From: Acinetobacter phage vB_AbaM_B09_Aci01-1
Direction: 5' to 3' (one strand)
Sequence record: NC_048074.1
DNA length: 32,000 nt
Below are positions 1 to 6,675 of this stretch, one piece after another. The stretch's first letter is position 1. Every line of letters begins with the position of its first letter. The notes under the pieces are model-generated. The model made no database searches, had not been told where the DNA came from, and saw only the letters and a program-made list of their open reading frames with translations. The translations under genes and the position numbers were made by a program.

Positions 1-192
1 GGCAAACCTATGTCTCTTTTACAAGTATATTTTTGTAAATTTAAATTTGTTTAAATAATTCACAAAAGCTAGGATTTGTCAAGCAGAATTTTCAGAGAAT
101 TTACTGTTTCATAGATGTGCAAGAATGTCAAGAAATATCTAAATTTCCTGAGATTTAATTAAATTAATTGAAATAATAAATAAAGATAGGAA

Positions 193-221
193 TTGACAGG
201 AGGGAAATAAACTGATATACT
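193..221 (+). promoter_or_regulatory. sigma70-type promoter, TTGACA-17-TATACT with TGn
   Basis: TTGACA at 193-198, 17-nt spacer, TGa at 213-215, TATACT at 216-221. AT-rich upstream tract. Points toward ORF 530..886. Confidence 0.45.
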
Positions 222-349
222 AATAATAGGATTATAATAATAGACAGGACTGCAATAGATGATGATGATAAGAATATAGTACCATAATTTCTGAAAAAGT
301 CAAGTCTTTTATTGTTAAGAATTGTAATTAAATTAATTTTAAATAGTTG

Positions 350-378
350 TTGACAAGATGATGAGAAAAGGCCATAAT
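350..378 (+). promoter_or_regulatory. sigma70-type promoter, TTGACA-17-CATAAT
   Basis: TTGACA at 350-355, 17-nt spacer, CATAAT at 373-378. Lies upstream of ORF 530..886. Confidence 0.4.
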
Positions 379-529
379 GGGCACATAGCAAAGGAGTTAT
401 ACAAATGAAGTGTAATGTGAATAGTCTGATTGACAATGTAGAGCAAGTGTTTAATGTTGTGGTTATGGTTCTTCTAGCTACACTTATCTTGTATTTCGCT
501 GGTTTTAGTGTTTATTAATTGGTGGCAAT

Positions 530-886
530 ATGCTTTTAGGTCAAGCAACTTGGGATAAAGAAATGACAACATTAAATCAAGCGGTAAATGGTGAATTAGT
601 CAAGGGTATTATTGCACTATCACAGATCATCCGTGAAACAGATTTCTTTATGGATGACATAGGAAATCGATTTACACTGCAAATGACTGGTGATGATGAC
701 ATAGACGGCAATGATGAGTATGCATTGCATGACTATGAAAATGGCATACTTGGCTACATCATAGAATCAGACATGATGGACTATACAGTTGACTGTACTA
801 AGAACATAACAAAGGTTCGCATATGTGGCCTATGGTTACTACCTTATAAGCATGTACCTGTCAAGCTACAGTATGCCACAGTGTAA
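530..886 (+). CDS. hypothetical acidic protein (118 aa)
   Basis: ATG preceded by GGTGG 4 nt upstream. Two upstream promoters and a downstream hairpin terminator. No recognisable motif. Confidence 0.55.
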   Translation: MLLGQATWDKEMTTLNQAVNGELVKGIIALSQIIRETDFFMDDIGNRFTLQMTGDDDIDGNDEYALHDYENGILGYIIESDMMDYTVDCTKNITKVRICGLWLLPYKHVPVKLQYATV

Positions 887-909
887 TGTTAGCAACATAA
901 TAAACAACA

Positions 910-935
910 AGAGGGCCTAGTGCTCTCTTTTCTCT
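910..935 (+). terminator. intrinsic terminator hairpin, probably bidirectional
   Basis: AGAGGGC (910-916) pairs with GCTCTCT (922-928), including one G.U, and is followed by TTTCTCTT. The reverse strand also has a T-rich tail. It sits between convergent ORFs 530..886 (+) and 965..1063 (-). Confidence 0.5.
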
Positions 936-964
936 TGTCATATCCTATTTAATACATATCATTG

Positions 965-1063
965 TTAACTGTGTATTATAACAGCATAGTGCATCAACCA
1001 ACTGTACACCATACAACATATAAACAATAACAACAAACACATCACAAATTTTATTAAATCCAT
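965..1063 (-). CDS. 32-aa hydrophobic peptide (MDLIKFVMCLLLLFICCMVYSWLMHYAVIIHS)
   Basis: Not in the supplied ORF track because it is too short. GGAGG lies 7 nt upstream of the ATG (1061-1063). A TGaTATACT extended -10 lies just upstream on the minus strand (about 1083-1093). The ORF ends at the bidirectional terminator. Confidence 0.35.
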   Translation of the reverse strand: MDLIKFVMCLLLLFICCMVYSWLMHYAVIIHS

Positions 1064-1150
1064 AGCATATCCTCCAATAGTATATCACAGATATTCAAAC
1101 TTATATAGCCAAATATTTACAAATTTTTCACAGATATTCCCATTTTTCAG

Positions 1151-1179
1151 TTGACTTATATTTTAGGGTGTGGTAGGAT
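1151..1179 (+). promoter_or_regulatory. promoter-like element, TTGACT-17-TAGGAT
   Basis: TTGACT at 1151-1156 and TAGGAT at 1174-1179. It shares 21 of 29 positions with the minus-strand element at 1258-1286, which it faces. Confidence 0.3.
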
Positions 1180-1257
1180 GGGTTAAGTCAACACACTGAT
1201 TGTACCTTCCCATATGTTTTCCTACCAAGTCCCTCCTAGATATTTTGCTATGAGAGA

Positions 1258-1286
1258 ATTGTACCCCACCCTTTTATATACGTCAA
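1258..1286 (-). promoter_or_regulatory. sigma70-type promoter, TTGACG-17-TACAAT
   Basis: Read on the minus strand: TTGACG (1286-1281), 17-nt spacer, TACAAT (1263-1258). Directs leftward transcription toward the 965..1063 mini-ORF. Confidence 0.4.
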
Positions 1287-1296
1287 GTAAAAAATT

Positions 1297-1641
1297 TTAA
1301 AAATTTCGATTTAGCTCTTCAGAATCTTTTTCCTTGAAGTACTCATAAGCTAAGTCTTCAGCCATACCCCAGAATCGACTGCCTTGAGGTGTTCGATGCC
1401 ACACAAAGTCATCCAAGATACGACCTTTAAAATGATGAATACCTGAATTAAGTGCGTGACGTATAAACAAACGGCTCTTCAAATGTCGATATGCCTCTGG
1501 GTTTAAATTCTTCATCAGGTCCATCAATTCGTAGTATCGATAACTTGGCTGGTTACGCTTGAATGTAGCAGACCCAAACTTCCATACACGCTTAAGTGTA
1601 CGTTTCTTTAGACGATGTGGTACATGGTTATTCATTTTCAT
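1297..1641 (-). CDS. hypothetical protein, paralog of 1805..2167
   Basis: 114 aa. Shares N-terminal NH[VI]PH[RK]LK[KR]R and C-terminal WH.T..G..FW with the neighbouring gene. Its ATG overlaps the upstream mini-ORF stop (ATGA). Confidence 0.7.
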   Translation of the reverse strand: MKMNNHVPHRLKKRTLKRVWKFGSATFKRNQPSYRYYELMDLMKNLNPEAYRHLKSRLFIRHALNSGIHHFKGRILDDFVWHRTPQGSRFWGMAEDLAYEYFKEKDSEELNRNF

Positions 1642-1739
1642 TGAAATGCCTCCAAATATAATATTACAACAAATCCTATAAACATAAATAGGAAAAATCT
1701 AAATGCTGATTTCAAATTTTCCTCTGGTTCAATCCTCAT
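1638..1739 (-). CDS. 33-aa single-TM peptide (MRIEPEENLKSAFRFFLFMFIGFVVILYLEAFQ)
   Basis: Not in the ORF track. AAGGAG lies 7 nt upstream of the ATG (1737-1739). The stop TGA overlaps the ATG of 1297..1641 (ATGA coupling). It lies directly downstream of the promoter at 1767-1795. Confidence 0.5.
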   Translation of the reverse strand: MRIEPEENLKSAFRFFLFMFIGFVVILYLEAFQ

Positions 1740-1766
1740 TCAAACTCTCCTTTACGGTATGTACAA

Positions 1767-1795
1767 AGTATAAAACACCCAATTAAGGGTGTCAA
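1767..1795 (-). promoter_or_regulatory. sigma70-type promoter, TTGACA-17-TATACT, with an embedded hairpin
   Basis: On the minus strand: TTGACA (1795-1790), 17-nt spacer, TATACT (1772-1767). The spacer contains the hairpin ACACCC/GGGTGT (1775-1792) followed by a T run on the minus strand. This could be a terminator for the upstream gene. Confidence 0.5.
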
Positions 1796-1804
1796 TACAT
1801 CAAA

Positions 1805-2167
1805 TTAAAATAAATCTATTTTAGCCATAGCTTGGTCAAAATCTAGGTCACGTTGCTTTCGCAACTTTTGATAAACTTCAGCCCAAAAATTATAACCCTC
1901 TTCCGTTTGATGCCACTTAAAGCAACCATCTAGAGAATCACAATAGACAAAGGATGAATCACGATTCTTAACCCTCAACATCTTCTCAAGCTTCGCTGCT
2001 GCGACTTTATTAAATCGTTTTACCTCATCAATCATAAGATGAAAGTTGCGAACCCTTAAATTCTCATGCTCAAATGTAAACATATAAAGATTATTTCTTA
2101 AGCTTTTCTTCACTACTCGACGTTTAAGCTTATGTGGTATATGGTTCACTACCTTATTAATTATCAC
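1805..2167 (-). CDS. hypothetical protein, paralog of 1297..1641
   Basis: The track ORF is 1805..2182 from a TTG. I prefer the GTG at 2165-2167, which sits 6 nt after AAGGAGG. This gives MIINKVVNHIPHKLKRR, which aligns with the paralog N-terminus. Confidence 0.65.
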   Translation of the reverse strand: MIINKVVNHIPHKLKRRVVKKSLRNNLYMFTFEHENLRVRNFHLMIDEVKRFNKVAAAKLEKMLRVKNRDSSFVYCDSLDGCFKWHQTEEGYNFWAEVYQKLRKQRDLDFDQAMAKIDLF

Positions 2168-2363
2168 AAACACCTCCTTCAATTCTTACCACTTTTTCAA
2201 ATCTACTAATCTTAAAAGAGAATCGCTTATAGTCTTTGATCCACACACGATCTCTGTCTCCAGAAATATCCAATTCTTTAACCGTATAGATAGAACCTTT
2301 CTTTACCACTTTCTGGCCTGAATCATCTATACAGAGAATCTTATCTCCAGCTTTTAATTCCAT
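2157..2363 (-). CDS. hypothetical small protein (68 aa)
   Basis: Start moved to the ATG at 2361-2363, preceded by GGAGAG. The upstream stop is TGA followed by one nt and then ATG (TGATATG). Confidence 0.55.
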   Translation of the reverse strand: MELKAGDKILCIDDSGQKVVKKGSIYTVKELDISGDRDRVWIKDYKRFSFKISRFEKVVRIEGGVCDN

Positions 2364-2364
2364 A

Positions 2365-2670
2365 TCACTCTCCACACAACTCTCTATAGATTCTTGGATT
2401 ATCCATAATGATTGATGTAATACCTCCACCAGATGAGGTATACACTATCGATCTAGCCTGACAGTCAATGACACGATACACATATGTACCTCTGTCTGTT
2501 TTAGCAAATTCAGGGTACACAGGTACATTACTACTGCTACGACTAGGTGTTATATACCCAGTGTATTGTGCTCCAGCTGAATGTGCTGACTGATTAGGTT
2601 GTGTGCAAGAAATTACACCAAGTGCCAAAGCAGCCAATACTGGTGCAATCCAAATTTTAAATCTATTCAA
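2365..2670 (-). CDS. putative phage lipoprotein
   Basis: I prefer the TTG start at 2668-2670, 6 nt after GGAGG. This gives MNRFKIWIAPVLAALALGVISC: a basic n-region, a hydrophobic core and a lipobox-like V-I-S-C. Confidence 0.55.
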   Translation of the reverse strand: MNRFKIWIAPVLAALALGVISCTQPNQSAHSAGAQYTGYITPSRSSSNVPVYPEFAKTDRGTYVYRVIDCQARSIVYTSSGGGITSIIMDNPRIYRELCGE

Positions 2671-2875
2671 ACTCTTCCTCCAATTCACCAAAATCACTGT
2701 CATCAGGTAATTCAGCCCAATGAGTTACACTATGCAGGTTAAAGCCAAAACGGTCATAACTCGCAACATCAAAATTTGATATTTGAAATCCTTTCTTTGA
2801 TCTGCGAACAAACACGACCTTATTGTATTCTGGCAATACGTCACTTACCTTATTCCACTTAAGTTTAGTCTTCAT
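2663..2875 (-). CDS. DUF551-like phage protein
   Basis: KWNKVSDVLPEYNKVVFV ... VTHWAELP matches my recollection of the DUF551 pattern (W..v.d.lP ... vthW..lP). Start taken at MKTKLKW. Confidence 0.5.
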   Translation of the reverse strand: MKTKLKWNKVSDVLPEYNKVVFVRRSKKGFQISNFDVASYDRFGFNLHSVTHWAELPDDSDFGELEEEFE

Positions 2876-3218
2876 AAGATTTACACACACTCACGAATGG
2901 TAGGCAAGTGAGTCCTGCACATTCAATTAACACTGGACCATATACATTACTCATGGCTTCCCAAATCTGGTTGACAACCTTAAATAAATCAATTTCAGGT
3001 TCTTGATGGATACCTATGATACGTTCCATTTCAAACCAACCTGTCATAGTAGGATCAGCTGCTTGAAAGAACCCATTGATTGGTTCAAATCCTGTATTTT
3101 GCTTGATCTGATTCAAAACAGTAGGCATACACAGGTGAAATACCACATCTTTCTTTAAAGTTACTCGGAACCAGCCTCTGGTCTTATATCCAGCACTCCA
3201 ACTCATTTGATTTTCCAC
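2865..3218 (-). CDS. hypothetical protein
   Basis: The track ORF runs to 3230 from a TTG. The GTG at 3216-3218 sits 5 nt after GGAGG. Confidence 0.55.
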   Translation of the reverse strand: MENQMSWSAGYKTRGWFRVTLKKDVVFHLCMPTVLNQIKQNTGFEPINGFFQAADPTMTGWFEMERIIGIHQEPEIDLFKVVNQIWEAMSNVYGPVLIECAGLTCLPFVSVCKSYED

Positions 3219-3248
3219 ATTTACCTCCAATATCGCTAAATTTTCTGC

Positions 3249-3277
3249 ATCGTAACATGAATAAAGTAAGTGTGCAA
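3249..3277 (-). promoter_or_regulatory. possible promoter, TTGCAC-17-TGtTACGAT
   Basis: On the minus strand: TTGCAC (3277-3272), 17-nt spacer, TACGAT (3254-3249), with a TG at -15/-14. Confidence 0.3.
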
Positions 3278-3286
3278 GGACTTTCC

Positions 3287-3406
3287 CTAAAGAAAGTCCA
3301 TATAGCTTATTCCTCTATATTCCATACCACAATGTGTACTACACATACACCAATCCTTTTGCATCATCCTAAGCTGCGGATAGAACTTAAAACAGTTTGC
3401 ACACAT
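3287..3406 (-). CDS. Cys/His-rich mini-protein (MCANCFKFYPQLRMMQKDWCMCSTHCGMEYRGISYMDFL); start uncertain
   Basis: This is the C-terminal part of track ORF 3287..3613. The longer versions overlap 3426..3845 by 53-188 nt. A CxxC...CxC..HC pattern suggests metal binding. The alternative start is at 3478. Confidence 0.35.
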   Translation of the reverse strand: MCANCFKFYPQLRMMQKDWCMCSTHCGMEYRGISYMDFL

Positions 3407-3425
3407 AAACCATTCTTCTTTAACC

Positions 3426-3845
3426 TTAAAGGTCTTCTGGTTGTACTTCTGGTACGATTCCAAGTCCTGATAACCCATCTGGTAAGGTATCAGAAGTGGC
3501 TCCGTAATTATTGTCCACGGAAACTCCGCTATATTGGTAGTAATATGTAGACTCATGATCGTACAAAGCTCTACGTACCATATCATCAATATAATTTGCA
3601 AGCATGATAGCATTCTTTGCCTCCCCTCTAGTCATCCCACCTTTAATTTTTACAGGTTTAAGTTTTCTTGGCTTTGGAGGTTTTCCACCGATAGGTGGTA
3701 CGGCCTGAACCACACCACATTTCCACACTTGCCAACCCCCACGGCTTCGCCTTAATTTCAGACTCACAGCGTAACTCCAAATAACGAATATAAAATAAAA
3801 GCTCCCATTGTTGTCTTTGTCAAAAATAAAGCCAATGCAAGCCAT
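3426..3845 (-). CDS. hypothetical protein; N-terminal extent uncertain
   Basis: 139-aa ORF. The C-terminal half (from MTRGEAKNAIMLANYIDDMVRRAL) looks protein-like. The N-terminal third overlaps the better-supported mini-ORF 3764..3892 in another frame. Confidence 0.45.
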   Translation of the reverse strand: MACIGFIFDKDNNGSFYFIFVIWSYAVSLKLRRSRGGWQVWKCGVVQAVPPIGGKPPKPRKLKPVKIKGGMTRGEAKNAIMLANYIDDMVRRALYDHESTYYYQYSGVSVDNNYGATSDTLPDGLSGLGIVPEVQPEDL

Positions 3846-3892
3846 AACACACCAAATACTACAAACCCAACAACTGTAGCTAAATCTCTCAT
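3764..3892 (-). CDS. 42-aa two-TM peptide (MRDLATVVGFVVFGVLWLALALFLTKTTMGAFILYSLFGVTL)
   Basis: Not in the ORF track. Its ATG lies 1 nt after the TGA of 3894..4292 (TGATATG), the same coupling seen at 2363 and 5757. It has two hydrophobic segments. Confidence 0.4.
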   Translation of the reverse strand: MRDLATVVGFVVFGVLWLALALFLTKTTMGAFILYSLFGVTL

Positions 3893-3893
3893 A

Positions 3894-4292
3894 TCATCCA
3901 CTTAACCTACCTCCTCTAGTTGTGATGAAATTCTGTATCACCCTTCCATGACAAGGTTGATCTAGGTTACAGAAACAATGAAGTGTCAATGGAGCACTCT
4001 TGCTGTGCAAGATCAGCTCACCGAGCGCATCATAAGCTTCTGGACTAAGCCTACGACCCACCAGATCGCTCTCAAATCGCTTTACAGCCTCTTCTGCTGT
4101 ATCGACGTAGGTCACATCATATTTTGATGGTTTCGAGCTGTACGGGTTCCCTAGAGGGCTTCCACGGCCTATATAGACATCATTTCCAACCTTCCAGTAT
4201 GAAGCCTTGTTAAACTTCTCAATTGTCCCGTTGTGGATTTTAGCCATACTGACAGGGTAAACTTCAACATCAAACAAAATTTCCATCCTCAT
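3894..4292 (-). CDS. DUF4326-like protein
   Basis: VYIGRGSPLGNPY contains the GNP motif. The C-terminal LHCFCNLDQPCHGRVI resembles the DUF4326 C..C....CHg pattern as I recall it. The start (4292, 4286 or 4247) is unresolved. Confidence 0.5.
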   Translation of the reverse strand: MRMEILFDVEVYPVSMAKIHNGTIEKFNKASYWKVGNDVYIGRGSPLGNPYSSKPSKYDVTYVDTAEEAVKRFESDLVGRRLSPEAYDALGELILHSKSAPLTLHCFCNLDQPCHGRVIQNFITTRGGRLSG

Positions 4293-4839
4293 TCAAGCTT
4301 AAATTAATAACTAAAAGATCAGTAAGCTTCTTATGTAACTCAATAACATTACTTAAGTCTAAATCAATTTCCAAACTTAGTTCTGAACGATTATACTCAA
4401 GTATTACACTTTTCTCTTGATAACCTATATCAAATGCACCAACTTGTTTTGTGCCACAATTCAGTAAGTGTTCTTTGTACTGCTTAACAAAATCTTTTAA
4501 CTCACCAGATTCATTTCCTAAGCGCCAAGTAGACCAAGATTCATCTGTTAATACATGACGTAAGAAGTCTGGATGGTAATCTTTCCATACACCATCATGT
4601 GTACATCCACTTGATGCTTCACCAAATTCATCCTTCCAATCCTCATCCAGTTCTAAGTCAACCTTGCCATGTTGACTCAGGCATTCATAACAGAAGTAGC
4701 CTCGACAATCTTCACACTGGTAATCCATACCACGGTTAATTACATTGTTGCAACCCTCTTGGTCACAATAAGCTTCCACTGAATAACCTATAAATCGGTA
4801 CTTGCCGTGGAATTTGGATTGACCTATACTGTAACCCAT
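4270..4839 (-). CDS. hypothetical Cys-rich protein
   Basis: GGAGG RBS. The N-terminus carries CDQEGC...CEDCRGYFCYEC, a zinc-finger-like cluster. Confidence 0.65.
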   Translation of the reverse strand: MGYSIGQSKFHGKYRFIGYSVEAYCDQEGCNNVINRGMDYQCEDCRGYFCYECLSQHGKVDLELDEDWKDEFGEASSGCTHDGVWKDYHPDFLRHVLTDESWSTWRLGNESGELKDFVKQYKEHLLNCGTKQVGAFDIGYQEKSVILEYNRSELSLEIDLDLSNVIELHKKLTDLLVINLSLNEDGNFV

Positions 4840-4850
4840 TTCTTACCTCC

Positions 4851-4887
4851 AATAAAAAGACCTCACACATATTAATGCATGAGGTCT
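4851..4887 (-). terminator. intrinsic terminator
   Basis: AGACCTCA (4858-4865) pairs perfectly with TGAGGTCT (4880-4887). On the minus strand it is followed by TTTTTTATT. It lies just downstream of 4894..5322. Confidence 0.6.
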
Positions 4888-4893
4888 GTTGTG

Positions 4894-5322
4894 TCAATAA
4901 CTATCTGAGCTAGAACTACAAGATGAGCTTGATTCATAAGATGATCCAGAATCACTTGAACTACACGATCCAGAACTATATGACGGTGGACTGTCAAATG
5001 TGCCAACAACAGCAGCTGTTGTCAATAGAGTCATAGCTGGATCATTTTGTGTTGAAGGTGTAGGTGGAATCTTAGATTCTTGTAGCCCACCAATTTTTAT
5101 TCGATCTTTGGTTTGTTCTGAACCAATAGCATCAACCTTGGATGTTACAGCTGCAATTGCATTTGCTTGAATATCAGCAGTACTTTCAAGAACTGTAATT
5201 CGACCAGTTGCATTTTTTAATGCAATTCCAGATTTAGTATATTTTCGCTCTAACATCCAAACGATCAAAGCAATAATAATCAATGAAATTCCAATAATCG
5301 TAACACTTGTCACTGTACCCAT
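4894..5322 (-). CDS. membrane-anchored protein with a Ser-rich tail
   Basis: N-terminal TM segment VTIIGISLIIIALIVWML, a central helical region and a C-terminal SSGSCSSSDSGSSYESSSSCSSSSDSY tail. Confidence 0.6.
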   Translation of the reverse strand: MGTVTSVTIIGISLIIIALIVWMLERKYTKSGIALKNATGRITVLESTADIQANAIAAVTSKVDAIGSEQTKDRIKIGGLQESKIPPTPSTQNDPAMTLLTTAAVVGTFDSPPSYSSGSCSSSDSGSSYESSSSCSSSSDSY

Positions 5323-5359
5323 AAATACCTCTTTTATTTAATTAAATAATAAATTAAAT

Positions 5360-5377
5360 ATGTGGACCACACCACAT
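5360..5377 (-). terminator. hairpin downstream of 5396..5626
   Basis: ATGTGG/CCACAT stem with a T/A-rich tail on the minus strand. Confidence 0.35.
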
Positions 5378-5395
5378 ACCATCCATAAAGACTCA

Positions 5396-5626
5396 TTAAA
5401 AACTTACCCTCTTAATTGATGAATCCACACCTGAAGCGGATAAGCCTGATCTTAGACCACTTACAAAATCTTCAATCAGTTTTACTACAGCATCTGTTGT
5501 TAAGCCATATTCACTTGATTGTTGTCGATAGATTTCTACATTAGCAATCTCAACAATGATTTTTGTATGCTTTCTCTTTTCACCGTGAGCTTTCACGGTT
5601 CTGGTTTTTATTAATATTTCAACCAT
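5396..5626 (-). CDS. hypothetical protein (76 aa)
   Basis: Start moved to MVEILIKTR (ATG at 5624-5626), with GGAGG upstream. It overlaps mini-ORF 5611..5757 by 16 nt. Confidence 0.5.
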   Translation of the reverse strand: MVEILIKTRTVKAHGEKRKHTKIIVEIANVEIYRQQSSEYGLTTDAVVKLIEDFVSGLRSGLSASGVDSSIKRVSF

Positions 5627-5757
5627 AAGATAATTGCACCTCCAATAACCAGTGAGGAGAGATATAAATACCAAACCTCACTGTATTTATCTTCGTAAAG
5701 ATAATCAGACATTGCTTGGAACAGGCTTAATAAGACTACTACAAGCAAAGCTCCCAT
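5611..5757 (-). CDS. 48-aa two-TM peptide (MGALLVVVLLSLFQ...LVIGGAIILWLKY)
   Basis: Not in the ORF track. Its ATG lies 1 nt after the TAA of 5759..6022 (TAATATG). It has two hydrophobic segments. Confidence 0.4.
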   Translation of the reverse strand: MGALLVVVLLSLFQAMSDYLYEDKYSEVWYLYLSSLVIGGAIILWLKY

Positions 5758-5758
5758 A

Positions 5759-6022
5759 TTAAACTCGACTATTTACTTTGTATCGACCTTTACCAAACAA
5801 CTCGTCACATGCCTCTTGAGCCTTCTCTCTGGTTGTGGCTTTGAAATATGTCATAAAGTCCATAGCATTCTTAATCCAGAAACCCGTAGGAGATTCAAAT
5901 ATACTGAAATTCTTAGGGTTGTCGATAAATACACGACAATTATTGACATAAATAATTCCACCATTTGCCAAAGCTTCACTGATTTCTACTTCAGTTGAAT
6001 TTTTTGATTTCTTAGATGACAT
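5759..6022 (-). CDS. hypothetical protein
   Basis: 87-aa ORF with TGGAG upstream. No motif I can name. Confidence 0.6.
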   Translation of the reverse strand: MSSKKSKNSTEVEISEALANGGIIYVNNCRVFIDNPKNFSIFESPTGFWIKNAMDFMTYFKATTREKAQEACDELFGKGRYKVNSRV

Positions 6023-6056
6023 GTGATATCTCCAGTTGTTAGTTATTGGCAGTTAA

Positions 6057-6476
6057 TTACTTAGTTTGAGTTTTCTTACGAGTGGCTTTTACTTTAGCAG
6101 CTTCTTTTCCATCTCCACTACCTGTTCCTGTAGGCTCTCCACCATTATCTTCTGTGTTGCCAGCTCCAGCTTCATCTGTTCCACTTCCATTCTCAGGTCC
6201 TGATTCACCACCTGTGGTTTCTCCTGACCGATTTTCTTCACCACCTGTCTCGTTAGGGGTTTCGCTATTTCCAGCGCCAACGCCTTCACTAACTGGCTGC
6301 TCATCAACATCTCCTTCTTTCGCCTTCATTGTAATCGTAACACTACCAAAATAATTATGACACTGTGAATATACAGGTTCATAACCTTGAAGCGTTGCTT
6401 CATGAATGGTTTTCACCATCAAACCAATGTTTGTTCCAATCATAGGAAAACTAGCAACAATTGGGCTTTTACTCAT
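6057..6476 (-). CDS. early protein with an acidic Gly/Glu/Thr-rich disordered tail
   Basis: First gene after the leftward promoter at 6506-6533, with an AAGGAG RBS. It has a folded N-terminal part of about 55 aa, then an E/D/G/T/N-rich tail and a basic KKTQTK end. Confidence 0.7.
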   Translation of the reverse strand: MSKSPIVASFPMIGTNIGLMVKTIHEATLQGYEPVYSQCHNYFGSVTITMKAKEGDVDEQPVSEGVGAGNSETPNETGGEENRSGETTGGESGPENGSGTDEAGAGNTEDNGGEPTGTGSGDGKEAAKVKATRKKTQTK

Positions 6477-6505
6477 AATTAACTCCTTCGTAAATTTGAG
6501 TCACT

Positions 6506-6533
6506 ATAGTATCATAAAAAATATGTATGTCAA
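6506..6533 (-). promoter_or_regulatory. leftward early promoter, TTGACA-16-TGaTACTAT
   Basis: On the minus strand: TTGACA (6533-6528), 16-nt spacer, TG, then TACTAT (6511-6506). It lies about 30 nt upstream of the start of 6057..6476. Confidence 0.55.
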
Positions 6534-6647
6534 CAAGTAAATGTAAATAATTTAAATATATTTTTGTCTATCGCCTCAGAGGACTGAGACGAAGACAGGG
6601 TTAATAAATTAACTCTTGCACAATTACAATACTTAACAATTTATAAC

Positions 6648-6675
6648 TTGACAAATGAGAAAACAATGATATATT
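6648..6675 (+). promoter_or_regulatory. rightward promoter, TTGACA-16-TGaTATATT
   Basis: TTGACA at 6648-6653, TGa at 6667-6669, TATATT at 6670-6675. Confidence 0.45.

Noticed and set aside
164-436. 90-aa minus-strand ORF from the track.
   Set aside because: It lies in an AT-rich promoter region and overlaps two plus-strand promoters. It is low-complexity Ile/Leu/Phe/Ser-rich with no RBS, so it is most likely non-coding.
3257-3755. Plus-strand ORFs 3257..3550 and 3534..3755.
   Set aside because: They are antisense to the leftward operon, have no RBS, and have composition typical of shadow frames.
5816-6354. ORFs 5816..5998 (+), 6082..6354 (+) and 6089..6310 (-).
   Set aside because: They are shadow frames of 5759..6022 and of the acidic-tail gene. 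Their Pro/Ser-rich or repetitive translations are produced by the GA-rich repeat on the coding strand.
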